From Nitrososphaeria archaeon (GTDB lineage Archaea; Thermoproteota; Nitrososphaeria; Nitrososphaerales; JACAEJ01): a stretch of DNA of 64,000 nucleotides. The notes beneath the pieces are model-generated. The model was not told where the DNA came from. It saw only the letters and a program-made list of their open reading frames with translations, and did no database searches. The DNA is taken from assembly GCA_029775925.1 (NCBI GenBank), contig JARVKB010000008.1, positions 3,394-67,393 of the forward strand, read 5' to 3'. Shown piece after piece: positions 9,950 through 18,032 of this stretch (within the stretch, counting starts at the first letter, position 1; the number at the start of each line of letters is the position of its first letter). The position numbers were made by a program, and so were the translations under genes.

Positions 9950-11004
9950 GTTTTCTTAAAAAGATCCCAAAACCAAAATCACCAGAAACCATCTATCTTA
10001 TAACAAGGGTTCATGGACTCAGGACTCATTTATTTAAGCCTGAAGATATATCGAGTTTAAGCAAAGCATCGGACCTCTCTGTTATGGTTGAAGCTCTTTT
10101 AAAGGGAGACTACGCTCAAGATGTAAGTGCCATACCTTCTGAAAGGATAAACGCTGTAAGTTTAACAGAAGTATTTTACAAAAAGCTTGCTGATAGATTT
10201 TACTTCCTCGTCAAGATAACCAAGGGTTCTTTAAGAGAGTTCTTTGAAGCTTATGCTAAAAGACTTGAAGTTGAGAATATAAAAAGAATATTGAGGGCAA
10301 AACATGTTAAAGAGATCATAACAGAAGAATTACTCGTACCTATACCAAGAGAGCATACTGTTGTAAATTTTCCAGCAATGATAGAAGCAAAAGATCTTGA
10401 GGAGAGTTTAGGGATTCTAAAAGAGACTATGTATGCTCCTCTTATAGATAAAATAGAACTCTATAAGAGGTATAATACCACACTCATCTTTGAAGGATTA
10501 TTAGATAAAATATACTTTGGAGAATTATGGAAAAATGTGAAAAAACTTTCTGAAAATGATATTAAGAAGAGAATTGGTAAGGAGATGGATCTTAAAAACC
10601 TGATTCTTATCTTAGGTTTAAAGGCGAAAAATATGCCTGCTGAGCTGATTGAAGAATCTTTGATCGAGGAATATTATAAACTGGACAAAAAATTGATCTC
10701 AAGCCTTGTTAAAGAAAGACCGGAATCAATTTTCGATGCCTTGTTAAGAACATATTATAAGAATTACTTCATGAAACTGAGAGATGAAATTGAGAAGGGT
10801 ACCATAAGTGAGATAGAGCATTCCGTATTTAATTCTCTTTATAATGAAGATTTAAAGAATATGCATGAAAAGCCTTTCAGACTATCGTTCGTTATTTCAT
10901 ATCTTTCATTATGTGAGTTTGAAGCGAAGAACATAACGAGCATAGCTACAGCGAAACAACTTGGCCTCTCAGAAGATAAATTAAGAAGTATTCTCTATCT
11001 ATAA
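9946..11004 (+). CDS. atpC: A-type ATP synthase subunit C (V0 d-like)
   Basis: 352-aa all-helical protein. Its start overlaps the atpD stop by 4 nt, and the size and position fit subunit C. Confidence 0.8.
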   Translation: MSFLKKIPKPKSPETIYLITRVHGLRTHLFKPEDISSLSKASDLSVMVEALLKGDYAQDVSAIPSERINAVSLTEVFYKKLADRFYFLVKITKGSLREFFEAYAKRLEVENIKRILRAKHVKEIITEELLVPIPREHTVVNFPAMIEAKDLEESLGILKETMYAPLIDKIELYKRYNTTLIFEGLLDKIYFGELWKNVKKLSENDIKKRIGKEMDLKNLILILGLKAKNMPAELIEESLIEEYYKLDKKLISSLVKERPESIFDALLRTYYKNYFMKLRDEIEKGTISEIEHSVFNSLYNEDLKNMHEKPFRLSFVISYLSLCEFEAKNITSIATAKQLGLSEDKLRSILYL

Positions 11005-11008
11005 TATT

Positions 11009-11052
11009 AAAGAGCAATAAGTATAATTAAACAATTATACTTATTGCTCTTT
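11009..11052. promoter_or_regulatory. Perfect 20-bp inverted repeat (4-nt loop) between atpC and pyrI
   Basis: aaagagcaataagtataatt-aaac-aattatacttattgctcttt. The right arm ends 1 nt before the pyrI ATG (11053) and covers the alternative TTG start (11044). Confidence 0.6.
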
Positions 11053-11508
11053 ATGAGCAAAGAGCAGTTAGTTGTTAGAAAGATAAAGGATGGTACTGTC
11101 CTAGATCACGTTGAGCAAGGGAAGGCTCTAAAAGTCTTAGAAATTTTGAATATAGATGGTAAGGATGGTAACGTAGTCACAGTAGCTATGAATGTCTCAA
11201 GCGAAAAGCTAGGTAAGAAAGATATAATCAAGATTGAGAATAGATTTTTAAAGCCTGAAGAAACAAATAGAATCGCTCTTATCGCTCCTAGAGCAACTGT
11301 GAATATAATAAGAAATTATCAAGTTGTAGAGAAAAGAAAGGTAGAAATTCCTGATACCTTTGTTAATGTACTCAAATGTCCAAATCCAACTTGCATATCT
11401 AACTCTAATGAGCCTATAGCACATATAATTGATACTGTAAGAAAGAACCCACCTTTGCTAAAGTGTAGATATTGTTGTAGATTATTCTTACCAAATGAAT
11501 TGATCTAA
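11053..11508 (+). CDS. pyrI: Aspartate carbamoyltransferase regulatory subunit
   Basis: VRKIKDGTVLDHV N-terminal block and the C-terminal zinc domain CPNPTCIS...CRYC. An alternative TTG start lies at 11044. Confidence 0.9.
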   Translation: MSKEQLVVRKIKDGTVLDHVEQGKALKVLEILNIDGKDGNVVTVAMNVSSEKLGKKDIIKIENRFLKPEETNRIALIAPRATVNIIRNYQVVEKRKVEIPDTFVNVLKCPNPTCISNSNEPIAHIIDTVRKNPPLLKCRYCCRLFLPNELI

Positions 11509-11532
11509 GACAATTAAGTTATAATTGTCTTA
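11506..11532 (+). terminator. Hairpin (11-bp stem, 5-nt loop) overlapping the pyrI stop codon
   Basis: taagacaatta-agtta-taattgtctta. It begins at the TAA stop. Confidence 0.35.
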
Positions 11533-11745
11533 ACAATAATCCTTCCCAAATCTTACAAGGACTACCTTGAAATCTGAAAAAGTTTTATCAAATACTTTAC
11601 ATTATTTAATAAGTCTTTAAATCAGAAAGTACCATAAAACGCTCTTCTTCGCTTATATCAAAAACCTTTGTAAGTCTAAATTATAAACAACAAGTGTCAC
11701 GTTCTTTTCAAGTAGAGAATCGGCTCGCCATTTCATATTAATTCC

Positions 11746-12078
11746 TTAAGAAATATATTCTTTGTCACAAGATCTAATATCTTTACTTAAATTCATCAAC
11801 TTTCGCTCAATATTGCTTAGATTGGAAGCCTTATCGTATAAAGTATTCAACTCACTATAATTCACTAAAAGATTTCTCATAGATTCAAGAAGTTTTTTAG
11901 CGATCTTAAAATTGTATCTTACATAACCGTCTTTTCCGATATTTTTACTAATCTATTCCAGCCTGTCTTTATTCCTAATTTGTTGAAAGGTTTCTTCGTA
12001 AAGATATGTTGACTTCTTAATACATTTATATAGTGCCAAACTATCGTTATAATTTGAACAGATTTTATTCCCGCTTTT
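11746..12078 (-). pseudogene. Possible decayed ORF (111 codons, one in-frame TAG, no in-frame ATG start)
   Basis: The minus-strand frame reads KSGNKICSNYNDSLALYKCIKK...RLE-TAG-ISKNIGKDGYVRYNFKIAKKLLESMRNLL...KEYIS-stop. The only nearby ATG (12080-12082) is out of frame. Helical/coiled-coil composition. Confidence 0.25.
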
Positions 12079-12159
12079 TCATATATTATAAAATTAAAGG
12101 CTCATGCTTAAATACAGATTTGTTGCAATAGGTTGATGAGCACAAAATAGGTGGATAAA

Positions 12160-12303
12160 ATGGTTCAAGCATTTTGTGTAAAATGTAAGAAGAAACAAGA
12201 GATAAAGAACCCTACGCAAGTGACATTAAAGAATAAGAGACCAGCCATTAAAGGCACATGCGCTGTATGTGGAACAACGATCTATAAGATAGGAAAAGCA
12301 TAA
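12160..12303 (+). CDS. Small C4 zinc-ribbon protein (47 aa; resembles DUF5679-type proteins, from memory)
   Basis: MVQAFCVKCKKKQEIKNPTQVTLKNKRPAIKGTCAVCGTTIYKIGKA has CxxC...CxxC and a ggtgga SD-like sequence 6 nt upstream. It is below the 60-aa track cut-off. Confidence 0.55.
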   Translation: MVQAFCVKCKKKQEIKNPTQVTLKNKRPAIKGTCAVCGTTIYKIGKA

Positions 12304-12376
12304 CCTCTCCACCTTAATTTTTTCTATATTGATATCAACTATTTAATAATCTGGATCTTAATCTTAATAATATCAA

Positions 12377-15300
12377 TTGAGGATAAAGGATTTACCTATA
12401 CCTGAAAAATTAATACGACTTATAGAATCACTTGGTTACTTTAATCTTTATCCGCCTCAAGAAGAGGCTGTAAAAGCAGGAGTATTGGAAGGCCAGAATT
12501 TACTCCTAACAACACCAACTGCCAGTGGAAAGACTCTTGTAGCTATGCTAGCGGCTGGAAAGATAGTCCTAGAAGGGCTAGGAAAAGTTGTCTATCTTAC
12601 TCCATTAAGGGCTCTTGCAAATGAGAAGTATAATGATTTTAAGGCTTTTGAAAATTTAATTAAACCTAATGGTAATCATGTAAAAGTTCTCATCTCAACA
12701 GGAGATTATGACTCATCAGGAGAATCCTTAGGATTAGGTGATATACTTATTCTTACAAATGAAAAGTTCGATTCTGTCCTTCGTCATGGTGTATCTTGGA
12801 TAGACTCTGTGAAACTCTTCGTTACTGATGAAATTCATATTGTTGGTGATGATGACAGAGGACCAACCCTTGAGATGACTGTAACTAAAATTCTTTCTTA
12901 CGCTAATAATGCACAAGTCCTTGCCTTGAGTGCTACAGTAAAGAATTCAAAGGAATTGGCAGACTGGCTTGGAGCAAAACTTATAGACATAAAGTGGAGG
13001 CCTATAAAGTTAATTGAAGGGGTTTACCAGCATGGAGAGATAATTTTTTCTGATGATTCAAAAAGAAAAATAAAACCAACGAATAGAGGGCATGCTATAG
13101 ATGTAGCAATAGATGCAATTAACGAAGGAGGACAATCCCTTATATTTACAGAAACAAGGAAAATGGCAGTAAGTCTCGCCCTCAAGGCTTCAGAACTTAC
13201 CCAGCATCATTTAACAAAGGCTGAAGTTAAAAAGGCTAAAGAATTATCAATGAATATATTATCATCAGGGGAAGAGACAGAATTAAGCAGGACTTTATCT
13301 AAAGTAGTCGAGAAAGGGACGGCTTTCCATCATGCTGGGCTTACTGGAGCGCATAGATCGATAATAGAGGATGGATTCAAAAATGGCTTGATCAAAATCT
13401 TAACTGCAACCCCTACACTTGCAGCAGGGGTAAACCTTCCAGCGAGGAGGGTGGTGATAAGCAGCTTGATGAGGTACGATTCAGACTATGGAGGAAAGGC
13501 ACCTATCAGTGTATTAGAATATAAGCAAATGTGTCTACCCTATTGGACAAAAGTTCTGATAAGTGATGGGACAATGATGCCTATAGGCGAAATTGTAGAG
13601 AAGAAGGTAGCTGATAGAGTAATAACATTTGACAAAAGAAAAGAGAAGTTCGTATATGGGAGAATCATTGATTGGTTTTCAAGAGAAACTGATTGTCTAT
13701 TAGAAATAGAAACAAGCGGAGGATTAAAAATTCGTCTTACACCAGAGCACCCGATTCTAACTAAAGAGATAGGATGGATATCTGCAAAAAATGTGAAAAT
13801 AGGGGAGAGAGTGGGTTATGCAAGAGAATTTGAGTATATTCCAGATAAGAACCTTCTATTTTTCTTTAAGCATATACCAATTAACGGGACATACTTGAAA
13901 AATACGACAGATCTCTTCGATCTCGCAAAGCTAAAATTCACACGTAAAGAATTGGCTACTTTATTAGGTAAAGATCTAAAAGTGGTAAAGGAATATGTAA
14001 GGGGAAAGAAAGCAATACCACTTTCTGTCATATTGGCACTTTGTAAACTATTGAATCTTAGCGATAATGAAATCGCTGAAAGGCTGAAAGAAGTCAAAAC
14101 AGCTTATGGAACACCGCTAAAAATTCCAAAATACATAAACGAGGAATTTATGTGGCTACTAGGGTTTATTGCTTCATATGGTAATATTGAAGAAATTGTA
14201 GATAAAAGAACTAAATCAGTTTATCATAAAATCAGGGTCTTTAATAAAAATCCTAAAATTATTGATAAAACCATTGATATCTTACATTCTCTGGGTCTCT
14301 TTCCCTACGTTCGTAAAAAAGACAATTACACATCGGTTGAAGTTGGCTCTACGTTATTGGCTAATTTAATGAGAAAATTTGGAATTCCATTCGGAACAAA
14401 GGATAAATTAAGGGTTGCAGAAACCATTTTTTCTTTCCCTCCAAATTTGATTGGTGCCTACTTGATGGGCGTATTTGACGGCGATGGAAATTATATAGAA
14501 TTAAAATCTAAATCAACTATAAGAAGGATAGTAATCTCAACAGCAAGTGAAGAATTCGCTTACGATCTTCATAATTTACTGATAAGGTTAGGAATAGTTT
14601 CTTATATTAAGAAAACACAACCTAAGCCTGCGCTTATTAGAAGTAAAAGAGCCGAATTTAAAAAGCCAGTTTACAACATTATCTTTAGGAAGATAAGAGA
14701 TATAAAAAAATTCACTTCCTATGGGACTCCAGTTAAATATAACATACCTTTCATTGATTACAGCAAATATCATAATCTGAACAAATACCATACTATCATC
14801 GAGCCTGTAGAGTGGCTAAAAGTGAAATACATTAAGATAATCAATGAAAAAACAAAGGTTTATAACATATCGGTAGAAGACACGGAGAATTACATAGCTG
14901 AAAATTTTATTGTCCATAATTGCGGGAGAGCTGGTAGACCAAAATATGACGATATCGGAGAGACAGTGATAATAGCACATAATCAATATGAAGCTGATGA
15001 AATTTTATATAACTACATAAAAGGTGAACCAGAACCAATTAGCTCAAAATTGCATGATGAATCTGCTTTAAGGATTCATCTTTTAGCGACTATTGCAAGC
15101 CTTCCTGGTATTACAGATGTTGAGATCCTTAAACTTCTTTCTAAATCTCTTTTAGCCATTCAGTATAGACATGCTGCCATTCAATCAAAAGTCAATAAAG
15201 TAATAAATTATCTTTTAGGTGAAGGTTTGATAGAAAGAAGAGGGAAGCGTTACATTGCCAGCGAATTTGGAAAAAGAGTCTCCACTCTTTACATTGACCC

Positions 15301-15955
15301 ATTAACAGGAGTAATATTTAAAAGAGCAATAAACCTTGCAAAGAAAAATAACCCTCATTTGTTAGGCTTTCTCCACCTAATAGTCTCTTCTCCAGACTTC
15401 TCACCAAAATTTCCATTAAGGAGTAGAGACATAGATGAAGCTCAAAGGCTTTTTGATCAAAATAAGGATGAATTTATATTACCTTTGCATAAGAATGATA
15501 TTTATGAAGATTATTTTAAAGATTTTAGGAGTCTTCTCGTCCTTTATGGTTGGATAAATGAATGGAGTGAAGATAAAATACTTGATAAATTGGGGGTAGA
15601 ACCAGGAGACTTACACAGAGCTGTAGAAACTTCTGAATGGCTCGTCCACTCCTTATTTGAGCTATCTAAGTTGCTAGGAAGAGTAGATCTTTTACCTGAG
15701 ATTGCACAGCTGGAGCAAAGAGTAAAGCAAGGAATAAAACCTGAACTCATACCTTTGGCAAAGTTGGAAGGAATAGGGAGAGTAAGGGCTAGATCCTTAT
15801 ACAATCATGGCTTTACAGATCTTGACAAATTGGCATCGGCATCTATTGATAAAATAGCCTCAATACCAAAAATAGGTATTATAATGGCTAAGAGTATTAA
15901 GAAGCAGCTACAAGAGAGAAATAAATTTAAGTATAAACTAAATCACATCGATTAA
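12377..15955 (+). CDS. hel308: Hel308/Hjm-type Ski2-like DNA helicase, interrupted by an intein
   Basis: TTG start gives MRIKDLPIPEKL...LYPPQ (Q motif). Motifs TPTASGKT (Walker A), DEIH and SAT are present. Motif VI QM/CGRAGRP is split by a 463-aa insert. A C-terminal winged-helix/HhH region is present. Confidence 0.9.
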   Translation: MRIKDLPIPEKLIRLIESLGYFNLYPPQEEAVKAGVLEGQNLLLTTPTASGKTLVAMLAAGKIVLEGLGKVVYLTPLRALANEKYNDFKAFENLIKPNGNHVKVLISTGDYDSSGESLGLGDILILTNEKFDSVLRHGVSWIDSVKLFVTDEIHIVGDDDRGPTLEMTVTKILSYANNAQVLALSATVKNSKELADWLGAKLIDIKWRPIKLIEGVYQHGEIIFSDDSKRKIKPTNRGHAIDVAIDAINEGGQSLIFTETRKMAVSLALKASELTQHHLTKAEVKKAKELSMNILSSGEETELSRTLSKVVEKGTAFHHAGLTGAHRSIIEDGFKNGLIKILTATPTLAAGVNLPARRVVISSLMRYDSDYGGKAPISVLEYKQMCLPYWTKVLISDGTMMPIGEIVEKKVADRVITFDKRKEKFVYGRIIDWFSRETDCLLEIETSGGLKIRLTPEHPILTKEIGWISAKNVKIGERVGYAREFEYIPDKNLLFFFKHIPINGTYLKNTTDLFDLAKLKFTRKELATLLGKDLKVVKEYVRGKKAIPLSVILALCKLLNLSDNEIAERLKEVKTAYGTPLKIPKYINEEFMWLLGFIASYGNIEEIVDKRTKSVYHKIRVFNKNPKIIDKTIDILHSLGLFPYVRKKDNYTSVEVGSTLLANLMRKFGIPFGTKDKLRVAETIFSFPPNLIGAYLMGVFDGDGNYIELKSKSTIRRIVISTASEEFAYDLHNLLIRLGIVSYIKKTQPKPALIRSKRAEFKKPVYNIIFRKIRDIKKFTSYGTPVKYNIPFIDYSKYHNLNKYHTIIEPVEWLKVKYIKIINEKTKVYNISVEDTENYIAENFIVHNCGRAGRPKYDDIGETVIIAHNQYEADEILYNYIKGEPEPISSKLHDESALRIHLLATIASLPGITDVEILKLLSKSLLAIQYRHAAIQSKVNKVINYLLGEGLIERRGKRYIASEFGKRVSTLYIDPLTGVIFKRAINLAKKNNPHLLGFLHLIVSSPDFSPKFPLRSRDIDEAQRLFDQNKDEFILPLHKNDIYEDYFKDFRSLLVLYGWINEWSEDKILDKLGVEPGDLHRAVETSEWLVHSLFELSKLLGRVDLLPEIAQLEQRVKQGIKPELIPLAKLEGIGRVRARSLYNHGFTDLDKLASASIDKIASIPKIGIIMAKSIKKQLQERNKFKYKLNHID
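13532..14920 (+). mobile_element. Intein (463 aa) with a LAGLIDADG homing-endonuclease domain, inserted in helicase motif VI
   Basis: Starts with Cys (CLPYWTKVLISDG), has TPEHPIL block B and LAGLIDADG blocks LLGFIASYGN and YLMGVFDGDGNY, and ends ...NFIVHN followed by a +1 Cys. Excision restores EYKQM-CGRAGRP. Confidence 0.85.
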
Positions 15956-17217
15956 TGCCTATCACTACAGTTTTTAGATACATAAAACCTGAAGTTTCTC
16001 CGAGAGAGGATCCTGAAGGTTTTGTAAAAGGAGCTAGAGATTTCATTAGAAAACATGTAAAATCGGACGATAAAGTTAAAATAATGGTCTCAGGAGGAAT
16101 TGATTCCTCAGTTACAGCAGTTCTTTTTTACTTGGAGATAGGTGACAGGCTCTATGTTACTCATGTAGACACTGGTTTTATGAGGCTTATAGGAGGAAAG
16201 GAAGAATCTCAGTTGATTGCTGATAGATTCTCTGAATTTAAGAACTTCAAGCTTATAAATGCAAGATCTTTATTCTATGAAAAAGTTATGGGTATTCGTG
16301 ATGCAGAACAGAAAAGGATTGGTTTTCGTAAAGCTTACGAAATTATAACAGATCAGCAGATGAGAGAATCTAATTGTAATGTAATGACTCAGGGAACGAT
16401 ACTGCCAGACATTATTGAGACTGAAGGAGGAATTAAAAGTCAGCATAACGTTCAATTAAGATTTAGCAACGTTCAGAAGATTGTAGAACCTCTTGCAGGC
16501 CTTTTTAAAGATGAAGTTAGAAAGGTTGCAGAATTTTTGTGGTCTAATTATAAGATGAAAGTCTTAGAGAACATTTCTAGAAGGCAACCTTTTCCTGGTC
16601 CAGGACTTTCCATTAGAGCAGTTGGTAACATAACGCCAGAAAAACTAGAAGTTGAAAAAAGGGCAAATGATATAGTTGAACAGATGATCGATGAATATAC
16701 AAGGAAAAAATATAATACCAATCTTTATATAGATGAGAGAACGGGAGAACAAATCCCATTCCAATCGTTTGCTGCAATTTTTGATGGTATATTTACAGAA
16801 GAGGTAAATGATTTAATACCATCATTAATGGAGAAGAAGAGAAAGAACATAAAATACAAAATTCTAGATGCAAATGTCACGGGCTTAAAGAACAATAAAA
16901 GAGTTTATGCTCCTCCTCTTTGCATTGAAAGTTACGTTGATTTAAGTTATGATATTTTGGAGAAGATAGGTAGTGAAATACCTTTAAAGACCTCTTTCCC
17001 AAGAGTTTTATATAAAGTCAATTCTAATTCTGGCTCATCAAGATATGTAATTGCCATAAGGTCTGTTAATAGCATCGATGCTATAACAGCAAGTGTTAAC
17101 AAAATTCCTATAGTAGAGGTTAAAAGGATCGCAAATGAAATAGTCAGGCAATGTAATGTAAAAGAAGTCTATTGGGATATATCTCCTAAGCCACCTGCGA
17201 CTATAGAATATGAATAA
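15955..17217 (+). CDS. guaA: GMP synthase subunit B-like ATP pyrophosphatase with an extended C-terminal domain
   Basis: PP-loop SGGIDSS, plus QGTILPDIIE..IKSQHNV, PFPGPGLSIR and a C-terminal PKPPATIEYE. At 420 aa it is about 110 aa longer than usual archaeal subunit B. Its ATG overlaps the hel308 TAA (TAATG). Confidence 0.65.
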   Translation: MPITTVFRYIKPEVSPREDPEGFVKGARDFIRKHVKSDDKVKIMVSGGIDSSVTAVLFYLEIGDRLYVTHVDTGFMRLIGGKEESQLIADRFSEFKNFKLINARSLFYEKVMGIRDAEQKRIGFRKAYEIITDQQMRESNCNVMTQGTILPDIIETEGGIKSQHNVQLRFSNVQKIVEPLAGLFKDEVRKVAEFLWSNYKMKVLENISRRQPFPGPGLSIRAVGNITPEKLEVEKRANDIVEQMIDEYTRKKYNTNLYIDERTGEQIPFQSFAAIFDGIFTEEVNDLIPSLMEKKRKNIKYKILDANVTGLKNNKRVYAPPLCIESYVDLSYDILEKIGSEIPLKTSFPRVLYKVNSNSGSSRYVIAIRSVNSIDAITASVNKIPIVEVKRIANEIVRQCNVKEVYWDISPKPPATIEYE

Positions 17218-17272
17218 TAAAATACTGTATGATAGTTATACCAATAAAAAAGAAGTTTGGGAATTTTTTGTT

Positions 17273-17968
17273 TTATATGGATGGAGGTGGAGGAGGTGGT
17301 GGAGGTACTGGCTGCCCCAAAGAAAGGTAAAGGTATACTGCTGAAACTATGAAAATGACATCGAAGATCCAGCTTATTATAGCCCCTATGTAAGCACCGA
17401 CAACTGGTATTAACGAGAAACCAAGCCCTAAGATTAGGGCGATAACTATCACAATTATTACAAAAATAATCACTTCCCCTAAATTCTTTATGACAAAATC
17501 AAAAGACCTTTTTGTACTTTCTATAGCATCTTTCCCTTCTATAACGGCGATTACAACGATGAACAAAGCGAAAGGAATTAAGAAGAATATGAGGAAGAAT
17601 ATCGCTGAAATTATAGAAGCAATGAATAATGTACCTAATCTACCAGTCACGGCTTTCATACTTTTATTCATATTCATCGGTCGTCCGTTAATGATATCGT
17701 TAGTCATATCAACGATTATACAGAAAGCTATGAACCCTATGATAGATGCTATGAAATAACCTCCCCAGATAAGATACGGATTTGGAACTACTATCTCATA
17801 TATGAAAGGATAAAAGCCAAATTGATACCTAATTGGAAAAACTATGTATGCAAGAATAAGAAAGATCAAATGAACAATGATCGGTCCAAGAGCTGGGATG
17901 AACAAACCGAAGTTTTTGGTTGAGACGTTGAACCCTTTAGATATGGCTTCAGTCGCTTTTGAAGACAT
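17273..17968 (-). CDS. Polytopic membrane protein with a C-terminal poly-proline tail (...GQPVPPPPPPPPSI-stop)
   Basis: 231 aa with about 5-6 hydrophobic helices. Eight consecutive Pro codons lie at 17282-17305, then S, I and the stop. Confidence 0.7.
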   Translation of the reverse strand: MSSKATEAISKGFNVSTKNFGLFIPALGPIIVHLIFLILAYIVFPIRYQFGFYPFIYEIVVPNPYLIWGGYFIASIIGFIAFCIIVDMTNDIINGRPMNMNKSMKAVTGRLGTLFIASIISAIFFLIFFLIPFALFIVVIAVIEGKDAIESTKRSFDFVIKNLGEVIIFVIIVIVIALILGLGFSLIPVVGAYIGAIISWIFDVIFIVSAVYLYLSLGQPVPPPPPPPPSI

Positions 17969-18032
17969 AACCCACTCCTTCTAAGTGTAGATAAATGGCT
18001 TTATAAAACTTGTGTTAACTCTTGAACAGATA

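Noticed and set aside
11953-11955. In-frame TAG in the minus-strand 111-codon frame, considered as programmed read-through or pyrrolysine.
   Set aside because: There is no pyl genes context, no start codon for the frame and a neighbouring frameshifted ATG. Decay (a pseudogene) or chance is the more economical explanation.
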